Below, piece after piece: positions 20,263 to 30,226 of a stretch of DNA of 64,000 nt. A program made the translations under genes and the position numbers. A model generated the notes under the pieces. It was not told the DNA's origin and did no database searches. It saw nothing but the letters and a program-made list of their open reading frames with translations. This stretch comes from Acidobacteriota bacterium (GTDB taxonomy: Bacteria; Acidobacteriota; UBA890; WLXD01). The stretch covers positions 4,480,001-4,544,000 of the forward strand of contig CBDFKD010000002.1 in NCBI GenBank assembly GCA_965248695.1, read 5' to 3'. The number at the start of each line of letters is the position of its first letter. The first letter of the stretch is position 1.

Positions 20263-21845
20263 GTGTTCCGAAAGAACTGGTCAAGGCGATCCGCCGCGCC
20301 GTGAGCCGTATTCACAGGAGCGGGCTCGAGGCCGAGCCGTCCGAGGCCGAGCTCGCCGCCGTCTTGGCGTTCGAGTCGGCGTTCGAGACGGGGCTCCGTG
20401 ATGCAGTAGCTACGGGCCCACCGGAGCGGCTCGCGGCTATCATCCGTCTCGTCCGCCTGCTACGCGCGGGTGGGCTGGCGAACGAGATCGCCTCGTTGGC
20501 GCTGCGTCGTCCGGTTCCGCTGGGCGCCAAGGTGGAGGCAATTGGGCTGCTTCGCGATGTCGGTGTCGAGATCCCGAAGGAGGTTGAAGAAACCCTGCGC
20601 GTGGCTCACGAATTCGTCGACACGCCGGATCGCGATGGCCTGCAGACCGTGCTGTCGTTGCCGGAGGCCTGGAGGGAACCGGTGCTAAGCGCCTGGCTGG
20701 TTCGCCCCGGGTCGGATGCTCGCCTGCTGGAGTCGATCCTCGACCTCGACCCCGCTATGGACGAGATCATTGTCGATCGGCTCGGTGCCTCAGGATCACG
20801 GGAAGCGGTGCCGGTGCTGCAGCGCATCGCGGCGGAGGACGGAAGGCTGAGGAAGGCGGCCAAGCGGGCCCTACATCGCCTACGGGCCGCCGGCGTCGAT
20901 GTGACCGGGGAGATGCCGACCGGGGAGGGGTTCTCGCTGCAGATCGCACCCGATACGGAGCGTGAGTCACGCGCCTTCACGACCGGCATCGACGGCTCGG
21001 GAGGACGCATCGTTTGGGTGATGGCGCCCACCAGCAAGGGCGGCTTTCGACTGCTGGAGGCGGTCGTCGATGACCAGCGCGGGTTGCGCAAGTCCGAGGT
21101 CATGTCCGTGGCCCTCAAAGGTTTCAGAGCTCATATCGAGCGGCTGCGTGCGAATCCGGCGATCCTGGTCGCCCAGCTCGAACCCGCCCAAGCCGTCGCG
21201 ATCCTGCGCGCCGGAGAGGCACTCGCGGCCGAAGCCGGCGAGTCGCTGGCGGCGGAGTACGTACTCTGGCGAGACGATATCGCCGCCGGGTTGTTTGCCA
21301 CTCCGGCCGCGTCGTCACCAGACGGCCGCAGAGATCCCGACGCGAACTCCGCCCCGGTGCCGACGGAACCTGTCACCAACGACGTAGAAAGCTCGATGTC
21401 GGAACAACGCGAGCTGCTGGCACAGTCGGCCGATCTGCTCGGTGAGCCGTATTTCGCCAACTGGGCCGTCCTCGGCGAGGTCGTCGAGAAGGCCGCTGCC
21501 GGAGTGCGCCGAGCCGAGACGAGCACGCTGGTGGTGGACGAGGAACAGCGCAAGCAACAGGTTGAGCGCGAGATCAGCGGCGTTGCCGAGGTCTTCGACA
21601 GCGCCATGCGGGAGCGCTACCGACAGCGGCTGGAGCAGATGGCGCAGGTGTTGCGGACCACGAAACACGAGCACGAAGCCCGCCTCGCGCTGGTCGCCGC
21701 GCATGGCTTCACGGAGGTTGCCGACCTGTATTCAGATCATCCGTTCGCGCGGGCAATGATCCAGCGCGGGGTGCTGGCGGCCTATCAGAACGTCCGTCAG
21801 GAGGAGGACCGTGAGTCGTCCGAGAGCCGCATTGTGCAACCCTGA
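20259..21845 (+). CDS. Hypothetical protein with HEAT-like helical region
   Basis: Long ORF coupled to coaX (ATGA overlap); RKAAKRALHRL helix and GIDGSGGR motif. Confidence 0.75.
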   Translation: MSVPKELVKAIRRAVSRIHRSGLEAEPSEAELAAVLAFESAFETGLRDAVATGPPERLAAIIRLVRLLRAGGLANEIASLALRRPVPLGAKVEAIGLLRDVGVEIPKEVEETLRVAHEFVDTPDRDGLQTVLSLPEAWREPVLSAWLVRPGSDARLLESILDLDPAMDEIIVDRLGASGSREAVPVLQRIAAEDGRLRKAAKRALHRLRAAGVDVTGEMPTGEGFSLQIAPDTERESRAFTTGIDGSGGRIVWVMAPTSKGGFRLLEAVVDDQRGLRKSEVMSVALKGFRAHIERLRANPAILVAQLEPAQAVAILRAGEALAAEAGESLAAEYVLWRDDIAAGLFATPAASSPDGRRDPDANSAPVPTEPVTNDVESSMSEQRELLAQSADLLGEPYFANWAVLGEVVEKAAAGVRRAETSTLVVDEEQRKQQVEREISGVAEVFDSAMRERYRQRLEQMAQVLRTTKHEHEARLALVAAHGFTEVADLYSDHPFARAMIQRGVLAAYQNVRQEEDRESSESRIVQP

Positions 21846-22590
21846 GAGACGGCGCAGCCCTGAGACGCTCCTGCCGACCGTTCTCATGGTGGCGTTGCTC
21901 GCTGGTGCCTGTGCCGAAGATCGGTCGGCGCTGGAGCTGGCTCGCGAAGCGTCGGATGACGGTGACCGGGCGCGCTCGATCGGCTTGTATCAGCGGCATC
22001 TCGAGCAATCGTCCGACGATTTCGAGGCGCGGCTCGAATACACACTCCTGCTCGGAGAGGTGTGGGCATTTCGCGGTGGTGATCGGGGCCCGATCGTGGA
22101 GAGCCTGGAGCAACTGTACAACGCGCAACCCGATAATCTGAGGGTCAAGGAGCTGTACGCAATGATGCTGGTGCGCGAGGGGCAGGCCGCCGGCACCGCG
22201 CGCCGGTTCGAGGAAGCCGAGGGTTACTACCAGCGGGCCCTCGACGTCCACCCCGACGTAGGGACACCCAGCTACCACCTCGGGGTCATGTACCAGACGC
22301 AGGGTCGCGGTCAGGAAGCCTTCGAGGCGTACATCGCCGCGGCACTCAAGCGGCCGCCGATTCCGGATCTATACCTACGCCTGGGACGCGGCTATCTCGA
22401 ACGAGGAGATCTGGATCGCGCCATCAACACGCTGCAGCTTGTCAATGAGCTGCGAGGTACGTCGACCTACCTTCTTCCCGCCGCCCACTGCGCGCTGGCG
22501 GAGGCGTACCACCGGCGCGACGACGACGACACCGCCCGAGATCACCTCGCCAGAAGCGGAGCAGACTGCTCCGTCGCCGGACTTTCGTAG
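21811..22590 (+). CDS. TPR-repeat lipoprotein
   Basis: Lipobox LAGAC and several TPR-like helices; start uncertain. Confidence 0.75.
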   Translation: MSRPRAALCNPERRRSPETLLPTVLMVALLAGACAEDRSALELAREASDDGDRARSIGLYQRHLEQSSDDFEARLEYTLLLGEVWAFRGGDRGPIVESLEQLYNAQPDNLRVKELYAMMLVREGQAAGTARRFEEAEGYYQRALDVHPDVGTPSYHLGVMYQTQGRGQEAFEAYIAAALKRPPIPDLYLRLGRGYLERGDLDRAINTLQLVNELRGTSTYLLPAAHCALAEAYHRRDDDDTARDHLARSGADCSVAGLS

Positions 22591-22682
22591 CGTTGCGGGC
22601 AAGCGGCGGCGAACCAGCGGATGCGCCGGCAGCGATCGTAGTCTCAGGTAGGTGCTGTCGACGCGTAGGGGGTAGTAGGGCG

Positions 22683-22967
22683 TCAGATGAACACCAGGTC
22701 ACCGGCCTGCTCGAAGGGCTCGCGGCCGATCATGTCGATCGCATCCCAAGGGCAGTAGCGGGCGCAGAGCACGCAGCCGATGCAGGTTTCCTTGTCGATC
22801 AGCACGTACTTTTCGGCCGGGTTGTCCTCCGGCTGTACGAGATCGATGCAATCCACCGGGCAGAAGATGATGCAAGCTTCGCATCCCGTGCAGTCGTCCC
22901 GGCGCACGATAGCGATGGAGGCGGAACGCTTCTTCGGCCGTTTCTTCTTCTTCACGGCGGTAGCCAT
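22683..22967 (-). CDS. 2x[4Fe-4S] ferredoxin
   Basis: CTGCEACIIFCP and CIGCVLCARYCP motifs. Confidence 0.9.
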   Translation of the reverse strand: MATAVKKKKRPKKRSASIAIVRRDDCTGCEACIIFCPVDCIDLVQPEDNPAEKYVLIDKETCIGCVLCARYCPWDAIDMIGREPFEQAGDLVFI

Positions 22968-23157
22968 GCTTCTCGTCGTCCCCCAACATCGGCTGCGCGA
23001 AGCGCCGCCGAAACCATCGATTCGACCCTGGCAAAGGAGAATACAGCCAGGACACTTAACTCTCAAACTTGCGACGGATACGTGTCATAGACCTCCATCT
23101 GAGGTCCACCTATAATCCGTAGTAGGTGATCAAACGGTCTATCGTGCAATCTGAGCC

Positions 23158-23946
23158 ATGAATCTCGGCGGCAATCGGTACCCAAAACTCCAACTTCGCG
23201 ACGAGAAGTCTCGCCGCTGGGCGAAGATGCGTCTGGAGTCAGACAAGGTCCCGACTGCGCCCGCGGGTGCCGGCGCCGAGGTCTTCCGCGAGTATCTCGA
23301 CGAGGACAACGAGGAGCGCACGGTCTCTTTGAAGAAGTCGGGGGTGTTCGCGCTCGCGGCGCACTTCGTTGCTTTCTTGCTGGTGATACCCGCAGCGATT
23401 CCAGAAGCGGTCGAGCTCGAGCGGACGGTCGCAACGGTGGTCAAGCGCTACACCCCGCCAGCGCCGCCCGCGAAGGCGAAAAAGACGAAGCGGAAGAAAT
23501 CGGCCTCGGTCGTGCCGATTCCTGACCCGACGCCAGACGATCCGGAGCCCATCGAACCGGAGGCCTCCGATGTCGATATGGGAGAGTTCGACGACGAGTT
23601 TGCCATCGGTGATCCGATGGGCATCCCGGGTGCCGGCGGACTGCGGGGCCAGGCGTTCCGCGCCGGTGACGGCGGCGTTCTCTCGCCCCAGGTAGTGCGG
23701 CGGATCGACCCGGAATACACTCCCGAAGCTACCCGCAAGGGGATCCAGGGAGAAGTTTGGATCGAGGCGGTAGTGGACGTGGATGGATCGGTCGTGGAGC
23801 CGCGCCTGCTGCGTGGGTTACCCGACGAGGAGCTCAACGCACGCGCCATGGAAGCCATCCAGCGATGGATCTTCAAGCCCGGGATGAAAGACGGTGTGGC
23901 AGTGCCGGTGATCGCAGTCTTTACGGTTACCTACAGGCTGCACTAG
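23158..23946 (+). CDS. TonB-family energy transducer
   Basis: TM with His, Pro-rich linker, PEYT..A...GIQGEV and WIFKPG C-terminal domain. Confidence 0.88.
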   Translation: MNLGGNRYPKLQLRDEKSRRWAKMRLESDKVPTAPAGAGAEVFREYLDEDNEERTVSLKKSGVFALAAHFVAFLLVIPAAIPEAVELERTVATVVKRYTPPAPPAKAKKTKRKKSASVVPIPDPTPDDPEPIEPEASDVDMGEFDDEFAIGDPMGIPGAGGLRGQAFRAGDGGVLSPQVVRRIDPEYTPEATRKGIQGEVWIEAVVDVDGSVVEPRLLRGLPDEELNARAMEAIQRWIFKPGMKDGVAVPVIAVFTVTYRLH

Positions 23947-23973
23947 CCGTAGCGCGCCCATGCGAAACCCGCG

Positions 23974-24723
23974 ATGGGCTCTCTTGCCTTGCTACGCACC
24001 CTGACTACCGGCGTCGTAATGGCGCTAACGATTCCTGTCGCCGGAGCGATCGGGTTCGTGGCGATGTGGATCGCCGGTTCGCCACGGCCCCTGTACCGCC
24101 TTGCGTTCCCGGTTGCTCGTGGCCTCATGGGCGTCGCCGGGATCCGGCTTCGGGTGCACGGGCGGGAGCGACTGGATGCCGCAGCTACCTATGTATTCGT
24201 GGCGAATCACGCCAGCAACGTCGACCCGCCGGTGGTGTTTGTGGCGATCGGCCGGAACATTCGCGCGCTCGCCAAGGCGGAGGTCTTCAAGCTGCCGGTG
24301 TTCGGGGCTGTTCTCCGCGCGGCAGGCTTTCCAGCCGTGTACCGCGACGACCGGGATCGCGCCATGCAGGCCGTCGACCTTGCCGCCGATGCCCTGCGAC
24401 GAGGACATGATTTCCTCGTCTTCGCCGAGGGAACGCGGAGCGAGGATGGTCGCCTGCAGCGTTTCAAGAAAGGACCGTTCGTGATGGCGATCAAGGCACA
24501 GGTATCGGTGGTGCCGGTCGTCGTGCGCGGCACCTACGAGATCCAACCCAAGGGAAGACTGGCGATTCGACCGGGGGTTGCCGACGTTGAATTCCTCGCG
24601 CCGATCCTGACTCGGGGACTGGATTTCGGCGACCGGAACGAGCTGCGTGATCGTGCCCACGCGGCGATCGGGGAAGCGCTCGAGGCCCCGGTACCCACCG
24701 TTCCGGAATCCGGATTGCAATGA
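23974..24723 (+). CDS. plsC: 1-acyl-sn-glycerol-3-phosphate acyltransferase family
   Basis: NHASNVD, FAEGTRS, FKKG motifs. Confidence 0.9.
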   Translation: MGSLALLRTLTTGVVMALTIPVAGAIGFVAMWIAGSPRPLYRLAFPVARGLMGVAGIRLRVHGRERLDAAATYVFVANHASNVDPPVVFVAIGRNIRALAKAEVFKLPVFGAVLRAAGFPAVYRDDRDRAMQAVDLAADALRRGHDFLVFAEGTRSEDGRLQRFKKGPFVMAIKAQVSVVPVVVRGTYEIQPKGRLAIRPGVADVEFLAPILTRGLDFGDRNELRDRAHAAIGEALEAPVPTVPESGLQ

Positions 24724-24790
24724 TCCGGAGGCGCCCGTACCCTGCTGGCGTTGGCTCCCAGACCGGGCCTGCCAGCCACCCGAGGGCCTG

Positions 24791-25456
24791 ATGTCCGCTG
24801 ACGCGCCCCATGCTAGCGCCGACCAACTCGGCTCGCGTTTCGATCGAGAGGGCATGCGCGTTGCGATGGAGCAATTCCTTGCCGCCGCCGGCCTCCCGGA
24901 CGACGCGGCGGGCGCCGCCCCCGACAACACTGCCGCAGCGTGGATCGAGCACCTTCTGAGCGGTTATTCCACCGATCCGGGCTCGGTACTCGAGCCGGTG
25001 TGGCCGGAGCGGTCCGGCGACATCATCACGGTCACCGGAATTCCTTTCGTGTCGGTATGTGCGCATCATCTCCTACCGTTCTTCGGAGTCGCGCATGTGG
25101 CGTATCTGCCTGACGGTCATCTGACGGGTCTGTCACGGATCGAAGAGCTGGTTCATTGCCTGTCACGGCGACTGCAGATGCAGGAGCGACTGGGCGAACA
25201 GATCGTCGAAGAACTGATGGCGGGCGTCGGTGCACTCGGAACGGCGTGCGTTGTCGAGGCCGAGCACCTGTGTGTGTTCGCGCGCGGCAAGCGGCAACGC
25301 GGTAGCGTTACACGAACTGCGGCGTTCGCCGGCAGGCTGGCGACCGACCAGCGGCTGCAAGATCATTGCCTGGCCTGGCTGAGGCCGGGGGAGCCGGGGG
25401 AACGAACCCCAGACGAGCGCCGTGCGGCGGTACCCACCAGGAGCGGGGACGAATGA
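24791..25456 (+). CDS. folE: GTP cyclohydrolase I-like protein (divergent)
   Basis: SVCAHHLLPFFG, GLSR, RRLQMQERL, EAEHLC...RG. Confidence 0.8.
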   Translation: MSADAPHASADQLGSRFDREGMRVAMEQFLAAAGLPDDAAGAAPDNTAAAWIEHLLSGYSTDPGSVLEPVWPERSGDIITVTGIPFVSVCAHHLLPFFGVAHVAYLPDGHLTGLSRIEELVHCLSRRLQMQERLGEQIVEELMAGVGALGTACVVEAEHLCVFARGKRQRGSVTRTAAFAGRLATDQRLQDHCLAWLRPGEPGERTPDERRAAVPTRSGDE

Positions 25457-25623
25457 GCGACAACGAAACCGGAGTAGGTGTGAATGGCGAGCCAGATGAC
25501 TTCGCGGCTCGATACGATCGTATGGTCGCGGGCGGAGGCCGGGGGTGGGTCGTGAAGACGATCCTGGGCGTGATCGTCCTGCTGGCGCTCCTTGCCGCCG
25601 GCCGTACATTGATAGGGCTATAG
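25453..25623 (+). CDS. Small membrane protein (56 aa)
   Basis: ATGA overlap with the folE-like stop, one C-terminal hydrophobic helix, fills the gap before the protease gene. Confidence 0.55.
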   Translation: MSDNETGVGVNGEPDDFAARYDRMVAGGGRGWVVKTILGVIVLLALLAAGRTLIGL

Positions 25624-25628
25624 GCCCT

Positions 25629-28115
25629 GTGGATGTCGATACGCTCCGGTTGACGCCAGAGCAACTGCGCAGCACCTGCGACCCGGCGAGCCTGCCTTTC
25701 GATACCACCGCCGACGTTGAACCGCTCAACGAGATCATCGGCCAGGATCGCGCCGTGCGGGCGATCGAGTTCGGCCTGGATATCTCGAGCTCGGGATTCA
25801 ATCTCTTCCTCGCCGGCGCTCCGGGTACCGGCCGGAAGACCATTCTGCGGCGCATCCTGGCGCGCTGCTGCGAGGGCCGGCGCACACCTTCTGACATCGC
25901 CTACGTACACAACTTCGACGACCCGGACTCGCCGTGTGTTCTCGAGTTGCCGGCCGGCATGGGCGCCCGTCTGCGCGATGACCACAGCGAGCTGGTCGAG
26001 GAGCTCAAGGATCGCGTTCCGAAGGCCTTCGAAGGTAAGGCGTACGAGGAGCAGCAACGTGCCACCGCGGAACGCTTCCAGTCACAGAAAAAGGCGTTGC
26101 TGGAGACGCTCGAGGGCGAGGCGGCGGAACTCGGGTTCGAGATCAAAAGCACGCCTATGGGATTCCGCACGATTCCCGTTCGCGACAAGAAGCCGCTCAC
26201 GCAGGAGGAGTATCAGGTTATGCCGGAGGACGAGCGCAAGGAGCTCGACTCCCGCATGGAGGGCCTGCAGGAGAAGATTCGCGGCGTGATGTCCGAGGTC
26301 AAGGACGTCGACCAGGCGCTGAAGGAAGAGGTCCGAGACCTCAACCGCCAAGTGGCCACCAATGTGCTCGGCACGCTGATGAGCGATCTGAGGCGACGGT
26401 ACAAGGACCTCGACGCGAGCATCGAGCACCTACGGCGGATGGAGCAGGACGTGCTCGAGAACATCGAGCAGTTCCGCCCAAGCGACGAGCCACAGTTGCC
26501 GATTCCGGGCCTGCGCATGCCGCGGCAGGAGCCCGACCTGGCGCGCTACGAGGTCAATCTCATCGTCGACAACGGGGCCGCTCACGGCGCTCCGGTGATC
26601 GTCGAGAACAACCCCACCTACGCTAACCTGGTCGGCCGCATCGAACGGCGTGCGCAGTTTGGCGCCTTGATCACCGATTTCACGATGATTCGCGCTGGTT
26701 CGCTCGCCAAGGCTAACGGCGGCTACCTGGTGCTCGACATCGAGGACGTGCTGCGCAATCCGTTTGTCTACGAGGCGCTCAAGCGCGCGCTGGTAAATAA
26801 GGAAGTGCGCGTGGAGGACGTCGCCGAACGCTACGGAATGTTCTCCGCAGCGACGCTCCGGCCGCAGCCCATCCCTCTGGATGTGAAGGTCTGTCTCATC
26901 GGCCACCCGCGTTACTACCATCTGTTGTTTGCCCACGACGAGGTGTTTCGCGAGATCTTCAAGGTTAAGGCGGACTTCGACTACCAGGCGGAGCGCAACG
27001 ACGAGGCGGTGTCCCGGTTCGGGCCGTTCATCGCCCAGCTCATCGACCGAGAGGACCTACCGCACTTCCACCGCAGCGCCGTGGCTGCAGTAGTCGATGA
27101 GAGCTCGCGCAACGTCGAGGATCAGCAGAAGGTCTCTCTACGGTTCGGCGAGCTGAACGATCTCATCCGTGAGGCTGCTTATTGGGCGCGGCAGGATGAG
27201 TCGGAGCTCGTCATGGACCGACATGTGGAGCGCGCCGTCGAGGAGGCAGAGTTTCGCGCGTCGCTCAGTAAGGAGCGCGTCCAGGAGTTCATCCAGCGCG
27301 AGATCATCCTGGTCGACACGGACGGCGAGGTCGCCGGGCAGATCAACGGCCTAGCGGTGCACATGCTCGGCGACTACCACTTCGGCCGACCGTCGCGGAT
27401 CACCGTGTCGGTGCATCTCGGTCGCGACGGCGTGGTCAACATCGAGCGTCGAGTTCGCATGTCGCACGCCACCCATGACAAGGGCGTGCTCATCCTCACC
27501 GGCTTCCTCGGCGATCGGTTTGCCCAGGAGCAGCCGCTGACGTTATCTGCCTCGTTGACCTTCGAGCAATCCTACTCCGAGATCGCCGGCGATTCGGCTT
27601 CTAGCACCGAGCTATACGTGCTGCTCTCGGCGCTCGCCGAGGTGCCTATCAAGCAGGGCATCGCGGTCACCGGATCGGTCAACCAGCGCGGGCAGGTGCA
27701 AGCGATCGGTGGAGTCAATTACAAGATCGAGGGGTTCTTCGACGTTTGTGCCGCCCGTGGGCTCACCGGCGAGCAGGGGGTCATGATCCCGGGCGCGAAC
27801 GTGCAGCATCTGATGCTACGTCAGGATGTGGTGGATGCGGTCGCCGCGGGTCAGTTCAATATTTGGGCGGTCGACCACGTCGACCAGGGCATCGCAGTGC
27901 TGACCGGAGTACCGGCCGGCGATCTCGATGAGGAAGGCGACTGGACGGCCGACTCGATCAACGCGCGGGTCCAGGGGCGCCTACGCGCGTTCGGCAAGCA
28001 GCTGATGACGTGGGGTCGCGGCTTCCAGGACTCGACACCAGAAATGGTGCAGCCTACCGCGGCCGGCGACGAGATGCCGCCGCCGCCCAAGCCGCCGGAC
28101 GGTCCGCCGGAGTAG
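25629..28115 (+). CDS. Lon-family protease, LonC/AAA_32 type
   Basis: IIGQDRA, GAPGTGRKT, coiled-coil insert, ANGGYL, FEQSY..IAGDSAS (catalytic Ser), IGGVNYKIEGFF (catalytic Lys). Confidence 0.92.
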   Translation: MDVDTLRLTPEQLRSTCDPASLPFDTTADVEPLNEIIGQDRAVRAIEFGLDISSSGFNLFLAGAPGTGRKTILRRILARCCEGRRTPSDIAYVHNFDDPDSPCVLELPAGMGARLRDDHSELVEELKDRVPKAFEGKAYEEQQRATAERFQSQKKALLETLEGEAAELGFEIKSTPMGFRTIPVRDKKPLTQEEYQVMPEDERKELDSRMEGLQEKIRGVMSEVKDVDQALKEEVRDLNRQVATNVLGTLMSDLRRRYKDLDASIEHLRRMEQDVLENIEQFRPSDEPQLPIPGLRMPRQEPDLARYEVNLIVDNGAAHGAPVIVENNPTYANLVGRIERRAQFGALITDFTMIRAGSLAKANGGYLVLDIEDVLRNPFVYEALKRALVNKEVRVEDVAERYGMFSAATLRPQPIPLDVKVCLIGHPRYYHLLFAHDEVFREIFKVKADFDYQAERNDEAVSRFGPFIAQLIDREDLPHFHRSAVAAVVDESSRNVEDQQKVSLRFGELNDLIREAAYWARQDESELVMDRHVERAVEEAEFRASLSKERVQEFIQREIILVDTDGEVAGQINGLAVHMLGDYHFGRPSRITVSVHLGRDGVVNIERRVRMSHATHDKGVLILTGFLGDRFAQEQPLTLSASLTFEQSYSEIAGDSASSTELYVLLSALAEVPIKQGIAVTGSVNQRGQVQAIGGVNYKIEGFFDVCAARGLTGEQGVMIPGANVQHLMLRQDVVDAVAAGQFNIWAVDHVDQGIAVLTGVPAGDLDEEGDWTADSINARVQGRLRAFGKQLMTWGRGFQDSTPEMVQPTAAGDEMPPPPKPPDGPPE

Positions 28116-28186
28116 ACCGTCATTGCTGGGCCCGGACAACTACCCCGAAGGGGTCGTGGCGAAGATCATGAAGGTTTGCATGCGAT

Positions 28187-28537
28187 TCAGGCGGCGGGTT
28201 CCTCGCTCTCCGGTTCCTCGCCGTCGGCGTCCTCGTCGTCCCAGTCGAGCGCCATGTCTGCCAGCGAGCGCGGCGCTTCCGTCGCCGGGTCGGTAGTTGC
28301 GGCGTGGAGATGGTCTTTGAGACGACCGAATTCGCGAAACGGTAAGGCCTCGGGGGGCGCGCTCGCCGGTGGCCGGCCGAGGGCCACGTCTAGGGCTCGA
28401 CGGGCCTCGTAGATGGCGCCATCGAGGCTCTTGAGCGCGGCGTGCAAACGTAGCAGCACCGGATCATGATCGATCGTTGCATCGGCCTTTGCCGGCGGCG
28501 CTCCGATCGACGGAGGTTGGTTCGGGTCTTGTTTCAT
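28187..28537 (-). CDS. Hypothetical protein
   Basis: ORF with SD GGAG and acidic tail occupying otherwise empty space; no recognisable motif. Confidence 0.5.
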   Translation of the reverse strand: MKQDPNQPPSIGAPPAKADATIDHDPVLLRLHAALKSLDGAIYEARRALDVALGRPPASAPPEALPFREFGRLKDHLHAATTDPATEAPRSLADMALDWDDEDADGEEPESEEPAA

Positions 28538-28642
28538 CGGATTCTCCACAGACACTCTTCAATCCTAGGCGGCCGGGTGCCGGTCACCAAAGCAAAAAAA
28601 AGTTGCCGGAGGAGAGCGTTGAAGGCAGCGGTGTCTTAGATC

Positions 28643-29179
28643 GTGGCTGATCATCGCGGCAACGACATGAAGGGGGCCCGGGCTCAGCGCTTGCGGGCCG
28701 ATGTCGAGCGCCTGCGTGCCGCGAAGGCGGCTGCCTACGACGAACGCAGTCGCCTGGTGGCGGCACTCGCCAGGTTGTTTCCATCCGGCGTTCAGCGTAC
28801 CGAGATCGGTGACTCGAATCGTGAATGGCACGGATGTGTCTACATCGATCTGCCCACCGGGCAGGCGTCTTGGCATTTCCAGGGTGATCAGGCGGAGCAC
28901 TTTCGCGACCTGCCGACCTATGCAGCGAGTTGGGATGGACACACCACCGAGGAGAAATACGAGCGCCTGGCCGCTGCGATGTCGACGATCATCGAGCACG
29001 GCGAGCTGCGCGCTCGACTAGAGCAGGCGGAGGTGTTGCTGCGCGAGCTGCTCGCACAGGAGGATGAGCAACGGCTCGAGCAGACTACGGAATCGCCGGG
29101 CAACGACTCAGCGCGTTCCGCGCGGCAGCGGGCACGGGCGTACCTGCAAGCCACCGAGCGGCGGAAGTCCGACACCTAG
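28643..29179 (+). CDS. Hypothetical protein with WDGH motif
   Basis: VYIDLPTGQASWH...WDGHTTEEKYERL flanked by coiled coils. Confidence 0.7.
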   Translation: MADHRGNDMKGARAQRLRADVERLRAAKAAAYDERSRLVAALARLFPSGVQRTEIGDSNREWHGCVYIDLPTGQASWHFQGDQAEHFRDLPTYAASWDGHTTEEKYERLAAAMSTIIEHGELRARLEQAEVLLRELLAQEDEQRLEQTTESPGNDSARSARQRARAYLQATERRKSDT

Positions 29180-29208
29180 CAGCCTGCGACGATCAGCTGA
29201 TACAGGTC

Positions 29209-29637
29209 CTAGGAAGAGTGGGCTTCGGACAGCGCGATCACGAACGCGCGGATCTCGTCACGAATACGACGATAGTGCCCCAACGCTTCCTGCGGCGATG
29301 AAGCTTTGGCCGCGAGTCGAGGAGGATCATCGAACCGCACATGCCGGATCTCGGTGGAGGCCGCGTATCGAGGGCAGCTCGCCCTGGCGTGGCTGCAAAC
29401 CGTAACGACGACGTCGAAGTCTATTCCGCCGAGATCGTCGACATGCTTGGAGCGCTGCGACGAGATGTCGACCCCCACCTCAGCCATGACTCGTACCGCG
29501 TTGGCGTCGATCCGTACCGGCTCGGTCCCGGCCGAGTACGGCTCCAGTTCGTCCGGTCGCAGGTGACGGGCCCAGCCCTCGGCCATCTGGCTACGGCACG
29601 AGTTACCGGTACACAGAAACAACAATCGCAGGGTCAC
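29209..29637 (-). CDS. arsC: Thioredoxin-type arsenate reductase / LMW-PTP family
   Basis: FLCTGNSCRSQMAEG, VTVC..A..SCP, DDP, RDEI. Confidence 0.9.
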   Translation of the reverse strand: MTLRLLFLCTGNSCRSQMAEGWARHLRPDELEPYSAGTEPVRIDANAVRVMAEVGVDISSQRSKHVDDLGGIDFDVVVTVCSHARASCPRYAASTEIRHVRFDDPPRLAAKASSPQEALGHYRRIRDEIRAFVIALSEAHSS

Positions 29638-29981
29638 CTGTCGACGGCGTCCGTGCGTGCCGCCATGATGAAATCGTTCAGGTGAAGTCCCCGAATCTTA
29701 TGCGTCCACCAGGTCACCTCGACCGCTCCCCATTCGGCAACCAGCCGGGGGTGGTGGTTGGCCTCCTCGGCAATCGCAGCGACCGCATTCGTGAACTTCA
29801 GGGCGTCGGCGAAGTTGGCGAAACGGAAGCGACGAGCGAGTCGTTTGATCCCGTCCGACTCGAGGATCTCCCAGTCGGGAATCTGTACCTGCAGCGCTGC
29901 TGCTTCAGCGTCCGTAACCAACGGCGCGCCGACTCGACACGCCTCGCATACTCTCTTTCCCAGCTCACTCATGGGCATCAC
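29634..29981 (-). CDS. phhB: Pterin-4-alpha-carbinolamine dehydratase
   Basis: CEAC N-terminus, AEEANHHP, WWTHKIRGLHLNDFIMAARTD; exact start uncertain. Confidence 0.92.
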   Translation of the reverse strand: MMPMSELGKRVCEACRVGAPLVTDAEAAALQVQIPDWEILESDGIKRLARRFRFANFADALKFTNAVAAIAEEANHHPRLVAEWGAVEVTWWTHKIRGLHLNDFIMAARTDAVDR

Positions 29982-30019
29982 CCTGTTGGTAGCCTGGACC
30001 TGACCGAAACGGAGAGTGC

Positions 30020-30208
30020 ATGGACGTCCCGAAGGATGACTACGAGCGGATAGCCGGGCTGATCGACAGCGCTGCCAGTCCCGTCGGCATCGACGCCAAG
30101 AGAACTCACGTGCTGATCCTGCACAAGCTCGAGCAGATCGAAAACCGCCTCATGGCCGTGGAGTCGCGACTGGGCCAGGGCGCCGGCACGGGGCAAGATG
30201 GACCCTGA
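30020..30208 (+). CDS. Small hypothetical protein
   Basis: SD GGAG; SPVGIDAKRTHVLILHKL followed by a short coiled coil. Confidence 0.6.
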   Translation: MDVPKDDYERIAGLIDSAASPVGIDAKRTHVLILHKLEQIENRLMAVESRLGQGAGTGQDGP

Positions 30209-30226
30209 GACAGGCCGACCCGCGCG

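Noticed and set aside
29209-29637. Arsenic resistance operon
   Set aside because: arsC-like gene only; no arsR, arsB or acr3 adjacent.
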